Source of the DNA: Candidatus Hydrogenedentota bacterium
GTDB taxonomy: Bacteria; Hydrogenedentota; Hydrogenedentia; Hydrogenedentales; JAEUWI01
Length of the DNA: 64,000 nucleotides
Reading direction: 5' to 3'
Assembly (NCBI GenBank): GCA_034669905.1
Contig: JAXMOL010000045.1
Coordinates: 2,584 to 66,583 of the forward strand
Both the position numbers and the translations under genes were made by a program. The notes below the pieces were generated by a model. It was given only the letters and a program-made list of their open reading frames with translations, did not search any database and had not been told where the DNA came from. Shown one piece after another: positions 58,367 through 64,000 of the stretch (its first letter is position 1; each line of letters opens with the position of its first letter).

Positions 58367-58918
58367 TTACTGTATCTGTGCCTTGGAGAACTCGCAGCGA
58401 CGGTTTTTTGCCCAGGCGGCTTCATTGCTGCCGCTGACGGCGGGCATTTCTTCGCCGTAGCTGATGGTTACAATCCGGTCGCCCGAGACGCCCAGGGTGC
58501 GGAGGTGATTGCGCACACTCTGGGCACGGCGTTCGCCGAGGGCCAGGTTGTATTCCTGGGTGCCGCGCTCGTCGGCATGGCCTTCAATCTGTACGATGGC
58601 CTTGGGGTCGGTCTTGAGCAGGTCCGACGCGGCACGTACATCGGCCAGGGCCGGCGTGTCCAGCGAGGAACTGTCGAAGCCAAAGTAAATCGGGCTGAGG
58701 CCGTCTACTTTCTGGAAGAAGAGCTTATCGGCATCCATTCCAGGAAGGGATTCACTGTCGGCCGGCTCGGTGTCGGTCGTCTGGTCCGTGGCTTCGCCCA
58801 GGGGGGTGATAGGGGCTTTGTCTTTATTGCTTTGGCAGCCGTTAAGGAGGGCTATGGCCAAGAGGAGTCCCGCAACGCCGGTATAAGAGAAAAGGGAACG
58901 GGATGGGGTAGTTTTCAT
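58367..58918 (-). CDS. pal: Peptidoglycan-associated lipoprotein Pal (OmpA-like)
   Basis: Lipobox LNGC; IYFGFDSS, EGHADERGTQEYNLALGERRA, SYGEE, KNRR. Confidence 0.92.
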   Translation of the reverse strand: MKTTPSRSLFSYTGVAGLLLAIALLNGCQSNKDKAPITPLGEATDQTTDTEPADSESLPGMDADKLFFQKVDGLSPIYFGFDSSSLDTPALADVRAASDLLKTDPKAIVQIEGHADERGTQEYNLALGERRAQSVRNHLRTLGVSGDRIVTISYGEEMPAVSGSNEAAWAKNRRCEFSKAQIQ

Positions 58919-59100
58919 GCTGTGTTGCTCCGCTGTAAAGGATAGTTCAAGGATTGAAAGTGAAGGTCCAGCCTTCGCAGCAATATATGTCCAATTTGAC
59001 GAAGAAGTTCCCACTATTTTGAAAATAATTTCAGGTGGGTAAGGTGGGGCGAAAATTGGGCAGGATGGGTTGTTTCAAAGAGGGGAAATCTATACCCGCA

Positions 59101-59400
59101 ATCGAAGCTCGACGGGGGTGTCGGATAATTCCCCTCCCGGGAGGGGGCAGGGGTGGGTTCGCGACGGGCTTCGCGACTCGACCCACTCCAGCCCCTCCGA
59201 GGAGGGGAGTCTTGTTCGCTCGTTCCCACGCTCCGCGTGGTTACGACGCGCTGCGTGGAGATGTTGGGGAGGGGTCCCTGCGATCAGTCTTGGTGCGCCA
59301 CGGGAGCCGCTGCCCCCCTACGCGGAGCGTAGGCAGGGGAACAAGCGAGCATCGAAGCGCAACGGGAGTGTCGGATAATTCCCCTCCGAGGAGGGGAGTT
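59101..59400. repeat. REP-like palindrome mosaic
   Basis: CCCCTCC..GGAGGGG hairpins; direct repeat TGTCGGATAATTCCCCTCC at 59119 and 59369; CTCGTTCCCACGCTCCGCGTGG unit. Confidence 0.7.
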
Positions 59401-59543
59401 GTATTGATATTGGTTGCGCTTCTTGCGGTTACTAATTGGCCAAGCTGAACCACCGGCTCCTGCCGGTGAGAATCTATAAGGCTCTGCCGTTCCTGAGTTC
59501 GTCGTTGGCATTCCTATACTGGGCGGTGTGTGCCACGTTCTTT

Positions 59544-59780
59544 TTTAGTCCCGTAGGGACGACATATCGTAGCCCAGGTGCGAGCGCAGCGAGCCCTGGG
59601 ATTGCTCGAAAGCGAAAAGCATTGTAACCCCGAAGGGGTGGCATAGAAGTGTTGGGAACTTGGCTGATCTTCCTATGCCACTCCTTCGGAGTTCCGTTCT
59701 TCTGGGGCCTGTCTACCCAGGGTTCCGCTCGTGCCTCGCTTCACCGCTGGGCTACGATATGTCGTCCCTACGGGACTAAA
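59544..59780. mobile_element. 237-bp non-autonomous REP-doublet/MITE-like element
   Basis: Perfect 33-bp terminal inverted repeats (59544-59576 / 59748-59780); no ORF. Confidence 0.75.
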
Positions 59781-59888
59781 TGCTTTGCCTTCGTCCATGA
59801 GTTTGATAAATCGGCCCCTTTTAGGGGGCTCCCTCATACCCCGGCTCTGCCGGTGGATGCTGATTGCTCATCTGGATAAATCCAGCCA

Positions 59889-61436
59889 CTATACTTCCGC
59901 TTCGATGGCCGTGGCTTCCTGGTCGTAGTCCGTCGCCGAAGGGGTATCAAAGTCGAATTCCATCCACGCCGGGTCGATGTCGACGGGGGTACCGGTCTTT
60001 GCGGCTTTCAGCGCGGAGACGGAGACAATGGTCGCGCCGAGTCCGACCATTTCGTTGGCCCTTGGGGTGCCGCCGTTCTTGATGTGGTGGGCGAAGGCCC
60101 GGAATTGATGGACGTCCGCAGTTTCCTCACACCCCTCCGCGAAGAACTGCGTGGCACCTTCGTTGGCCGCATTGCTCAACTTACGACTGAGCCCGAAGGT
60201 GACCTTAAAGGCCTCCCGTTCGGCGATGGACATGCCCTTGGTCAGTTCCGCGAATTCGGCGAGGATGGCCATCTTTTCCTTCTTCTCCTCGGGGGTAAGG
60301 GTGCGTGCCCAAGGTTCCTGGGTAAACCAACACCCGTGGGCCTCGGTCAGTTCCAAGGCCCCCTCATCACCGAGGAATAATTCGGAGGCCCCTTTCTTGG
60401 CGTTGCCCAGAATGCTGGAATACATGCAGCGGACCGTATAGGGCTTGTTGATGGCTTTGAAATCCTGGTAATCGTTGCGGCTGCTGATGGGGACAAAGTT
60501 ACCCGTGCTTCGCTTGATGGTGTAGTCGTAGGTCACGGAGATGTTGTCCGCCACGGTCCGCCCGTCCCGCCAGTAGTCGGTGCCCGCCGAGCATTGCACC
60601 CGGGTGGGCAGGGTGCCGCAGAACCAGTTGGCCATATCGACGGAATGGGTGAGGAGTTCGGTGAAGAGTCCCCCGGAAAGTTCCTCGTAGAGCCGCCAGT
60701 TGAGGTGGTGCTCCAGGTCGGTGGTGATGAATTTGCGTTCGTGTTCGTTGAAGCGGTAGTCGGGGTCAATGACCCGCCGTCCGGCCGCATTCCGGTGCCA
60801 CTGCATTTCGATGTGGTTGATACGCCCCAACCAACCTTCTTCTAAGAACCGTTTCATGGCCAGGTTGTAGTTGGGGTGGTAGCGCCGCTGGTGGCCCACC
60901 TGGACGAATCGTCCTTTCTCATGGGCCTTCTTGACGATGTCCCGCGCCTCGTCAATGGTGTAGCACAGGGTCTTTTCGCAGAAGACGTAGAGCCCTTGTT
61001 CGAGGGCATACATGGTGGGTGCGTAGTGATGGGTGAGGCCGGTGCAGATTACGACGGCGTCGAGGTTTTCCTGGGCAATCATTTCCTGGTAGTCGTAGTA
61101 GGCCGTGGGGGTGGGGAGTTTGTCGAGGATGGCCCGTTGTTCGGCCGTGGGCTTGCCCCCTTCCAACACCATTTGGGCGTTTGCCAGCTTGGCATGAAGG
61201 ACGCCAGATTTCTGATGGGGTTCATAGACATCGGCGACGGCCACGACGTCGATTTCATCGGTGCCCCAGATGCCATCGCCCAGGTGAAAGTTGCCCTGTC
61301 CGCCCGTTCCGATACAGCCCACTCGGACTTTCTGCTCATTTTTCGCGTAGGCCCGTGGATCGTATCCCGTGGCAATCGCCACGCCCGCCGTGGCGCCTGC
61401 GGCCTGTATGAATCTCCGTCGCGTTACTCGGTTCAT
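59889..61436 (-). CDS. Tat-exported Gfo/Idh/MocA oxidoreductase (paralog 2)
   Basis: TRRRFI Tat signal; collinear with paralog 1 over its full length. Confidence 0.9.
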   Translation of the reverse strand: MNRVTRRRFIQAAGATAGVAIATGYDPRAYAKNEQKVRVGCIGTGGQGNFHLGDGIWGTDEIDVVAVADVYEPHQKSGVLHAKLANAQMVLEGGKPTAEQRAILDKLPTPTAYYDYQEMIAQENLDAVVICTGLTHHYAPTMYALEQGLYVFCEKTLCYTIDEARDIVKKAHEKGRFVQVGHQRRYHPNYNLAMKRFLEEGWLGRINHIEMQWHRNAAGRRVIDPDYRFNEHERKFITTDLEHHLNWRLYEELSGGLFTELLTHSVDMANWFCGTLPTRVQCSAGTDYWRDGRTVADNISVTYDYTIKRSTGNFVPISSRNDYQDFKAINKPYTVRCMYSSILGNAKKGASELFLGDEGALELTEAHGCWFTQEPWARTLTPEEKKEKMAILAEFAELTKGMSIAEREAFKVTFGLSRKLSNAANEGATQFFAEGCEETADVHQFRAFAHHIKNGGTPRANEMVGLGATIVSVSALKAAKTGTPVDIDPAWMEFDFDTPSATDYDQEATAIEAEV

Positions 61437-61618
61437 GCTGCTTGCCCTCTCGCTGTGGTTGAAACGCTCTCTGCTTGTGTAAACGATTGAGCGGAGGGTA
61501 TGGCAGATTCGGAGCGCATGGGAAGGAGCCGAGCTTGGAATTTCTGGATCCAGGGCACCCACAAACTTCCCCCGCTTCGCTTCTCCGTTTGAGGGTGGCA
61601 CCCGGCATTGATGTCTGA

Positions 61619-64000
61619 TTACGCGTTGGGGAAGTTAATCCGAACGGCGTGGGGTTTGCCGTCGACGAGTCCGACCTTGATGGCCTTGACTTCGGGATGT
61701 TCGCCGCAGAAGGTGCGGACTTCCGTTTCGCTCATAACGAGGAAGGAGGTGCTCAGGGCGTCGGCCTGGGCACCCGTGGGGCAGATGGCCATGGCACCGA
61801 GGGTTTCATCCACGGCGGACCCGGTGCGGGGGTCGTAGATGTGGGAGAAGCGTTCGCCCTCTACTTCGAAGCTGCGCCCCTCACCCGAGGAGGTGGAGAA
61901 GGCTTCGTCCTTGATGACAAAGCGGTCCACATAATCCTTCACGCCCGGCTCGTGATAGACCTTGTCGACAATCACATTCCAGCCAGAAGTTTCCGGCGGG
62001 GCGCCCATGGCGACGAAGGTGCTGTCGCCGCCGCTGAGGAGGGCGCATTCGATACCGTTGGCCTTGAGGGTCTGCGCCGCCACGTCGAGGGCATGGCCTT
62101 TGCCAATGCCACCGAAGTCGAGGCGCATGCCCGGCTGGGTGTAGAAAACGGTGCGTTGGTCATGGTCAATCTGCACCTTGTCGAGGCCGACCCGGGCCAG
62201 GGTATCCGCAATTTCTGCATCGGTGGGGACCCGCCCTTCCTTTTTGTAGACGCCCCACTGGTCCAGCAGGGGGCCGACGGTGATGTCGAAAATGCCCCCC
62301 GTGTCGTCATAGGCCTGTTGAGACACCCTCAACAGGGCCATGACATCCGGGTGCACCTGGACCGGCTCTTTTGCGGCCAGGCGGTTGAGCTTGGCGGTGA
62401 AGCTGTCGACGCGCCAGGTGCTCACCCGGCGCTCCAACTGCTCCACCCGGTCCAAGGCCGCCAGACCGATTTCGGTCAGGCGGGTCGGGTTGTACGCCCC
62501 CGAAGGGGCGTACATGGTGATTTCGAAACGGGTGCCCATGAGGTCACGGGCGACAATCTGCTGGACCGCATCGGTCGGGGCCTCGGCCCCGGCGTGGGCC
62601 GGGGGAAAGAGGAGGCTGGCGGACTGTTCGGGTTCCGCCCCTTCTTCGGTTGCGGGTTCTGCCGGTGCTTCCTCCGCAGCGGGTGCGCTACCGAGATTCT
62701 TCTGCAGGGTTTTCCAGTTGCCGAGCAAGCCGTTGTAACCGGCTACGCTCATGATGAGTACGGCGGCAATGAGGGAGGTGTTCCAGAAGATTCGTTTGCC
62801 GCCTTCAGGCCGTGCGTCGCCCATGTAGGACTTGGAGTTCAGCAGGATGATGAACCCAATGACCGCGACGGGCATGAGGGGCGCGGCGAGGCTGGAGGCC
62901 GTTACCGCGGCAAACCATGGGAACTTAACGAGCACGCCAATGATTCCGATAGCGGGGAGAAGGGAGAACCAGAATTTGGCCTTGCCCTTGTATTCGAAGC
63001 CGAAGAGTTCACAGCCGATAAAGCCACTCGCCAGCATGTGGGTAATGATGGTGGAGAAGCCGATGGCAAACATGCCCAGGCCGATGAGCAGGAGCGAGAG
63101 GGTCTTGCCGAGGGTCTGGTCGAGGACGGGCAGGATGGCGCGGATGTCTTTTACGATAGTCCCCACCGAGCCGATATCGGGGCCAATGGTGTTGGCGACG
63201 GCAATCATCATGAAGCCGGTGGCGAGGATAAAGGGGATGGCCATGCCGGAAATCAGGTCAAAATAGGCGAGCTCTTTGTGTTCCTTGCCCCAGTTTTTGT
63301 TCAACAGGGAGTAGGGGTAGAGGAAGACCATGTTGATACCCACGGCGGCGGCGATACCCCCGACGATGGGGATGGTGGCCTGTTCGGGGAAGCCGTTGGC
63401 GGAAATGTGCTGGATAAAGCTGATTCCGGTAAAGCCCAGGAACAGTTCTTTGAAATCGATACCGGTGCGAATGGCCACAATGGCGAAGGCACCCACGATA
63501 CCCCAGACCAATACCTTGACCAGGGTTTCATAAATCTTGAGCCCCTTGGCGCCCGTGCTGTAGAGATAGCATACGAAGCCTGCGGCAGCGAGGACGCAGA
63601 CCCCGATAGCCGCACGGCCTGCGGTGCCACCGAGATTGATGCCGATACCGCTGGCCAGTTCGACCGCGCCGTTGGCGGTAAGCGAGTATTGGGGGATGTG
63701 CCAGAGAATCGTGGCGATGAGCGCCGCGATACCCCAGGCCATGGCCAGGGCGGGGTGGAGGCGATTCCAGAAGGCCTCATAGGGCTTTTCACCGGTCTGG
63801 CAGGTCTGCTTCGCCACGGCTCCCAGAACGCAGAGTCCCAGGAAGATGGCGAGGGGTTGGACCCAGAGAAGCTGGTAGCCCAACAGGGAGCCCATGAGCA
63901 CGCAGGAGGCGATGGAACCGCCCCCAAGCGTCATGGCGCTCTGCATGTAACCCGGTCCGCTCAGCTTGAGGTAGCCCTTGATGCGGGCTCCCAGGGGCTG
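61619..64000 (-). CDS. NRAMP-like (APC-fold) transporter fused to ApbE FAD:protein FMN transferase; 5' end outside the window
   Basis: The frame is open to the window edge (QPLGARIKGYLKLSGPGYMQSAMTLGGGS). About 11 TM helices, an acidic linker, then ApbE motifs MGT, FDITVGPL, DFGGIGKG, HIYDPRTG, ADALST. Confidence 0.85.
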   Translation of the reverse strand, partial: QPLGARIKGYLKLSGPGYMQSAMTLGGGSIASCVLMGSLLGYQLLWVQPLAIFLGLCVLGAVAKQTCQTGEKPYEAFWNRLHPALAMAWGIAALIATILWHIPQYSLTANGAVELASGIGINLGGTAGRAAIGVCVLAAAGFVCYLYSTGAKGLKIYETLVKVLVWGIVGAFAIVAIRTGIDFKELFLGFTGISFIQHISANGFPEQATIPIVGGIAAAVGINMVFLYPYSLLNKNWGKEHKELAYFDLISGMAIPFILATGFMMIAVANTIGPDIGSVGTIVKDIRAILPVLDQTLGKTLSLLLIGLGMFAIGFSTIITHMLASGFIGCELFGFEYKGKAKFWFSLLPAIGIIGVLVKFPWFAAVTASSLAAPLMPVAVIGFIILLNSKSYMGDARPEGGKRIFWNTSLIAAVLIMSVAGYNGLLGNWKTLQKNLGSAPAAEEAPAEPATEEGAEPEQSASLLFPPAHAGAEAPTDAVQQIVARDLMGTRFEITMYAPSGAYNPTRLTEIGLAALDRVEQLERRVSTWRVDSFTAKLNRLAAKEPVQVHPDVMALLRVSQQAYDDTGGIFDITVGPLLDQWGVYKKEGRVPTDAEIADTLARVGLDKVQIDHDQRTVFYTQPGMRLDFGGIGKGHALDVAAQTLKANGIECALLSGGDSTFVAMGAPPETSGWNVIVDKVYHEPGVKDYVDRFVIKDEAFSTSSGEGRSFEVEGERFSHIYDPRTGSAVDETLGAMAICPTGAQADALSTSFLVMSETEVRTFCGEHPEVKAIKVGLVDGKPHAVRINFPNA

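Overview
GC-rich Gram-negative bacterial chromosome segment: it encodes Pal, Tat and lipoprotein signals and an OM barrel. The gene style suggests a PVC-like or Hydrogenedentota-type organism, which is inference only. Left third (1-20.7 kb): truncated MshEN-domain gene, Mn-SOD and a lipid-metabolism neighbourhood (marR-aas-esterase-GNAT, polyprenyl synthase, soluble acyl-ACP desaturase, gpsA), plus three receiver-domain proteins, a FapA-like protein, GH31 and PhoD. Two near-identical structured non-coding RNAs sit 403 bp apart, each with its own -10 box and terminator. Middle (20.4-29.1 kb): ArsR divergent from an MMPL/RND + LolA-like + OM beta-barrel operon, REP/MITE-like repeats and a sialate O-acetylesterase. 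29.5-43.2 kb (+): group 3b [NiFe]-hydrogenase, protease, hypABFCDE and ppdK. These converge on a 43.4-54.6 kb (-) operon with a sigma54-type promoter: rnfB-por-rnfCDGEA-small Cys protein-FNR. Right end: tRNA-Val(GAC), YceI lipoprotein, two Tat-exported Gfo/Idh/MocA paralogs, pal, a REP mosaic and a 5'-truncated NRAMP-like transporter fused to an ApbE flavin transferase. No CRISPR array, prophage or transposase was seen. Best candidates for undescribed biology are the twin ncRNAs, the transporter-ApbE fusion, the PFOR-embedded Rnf operon and a repeat motif shared by the MMPL and barrel proteins. All calls are motif recognition by eye; no database searches were run.
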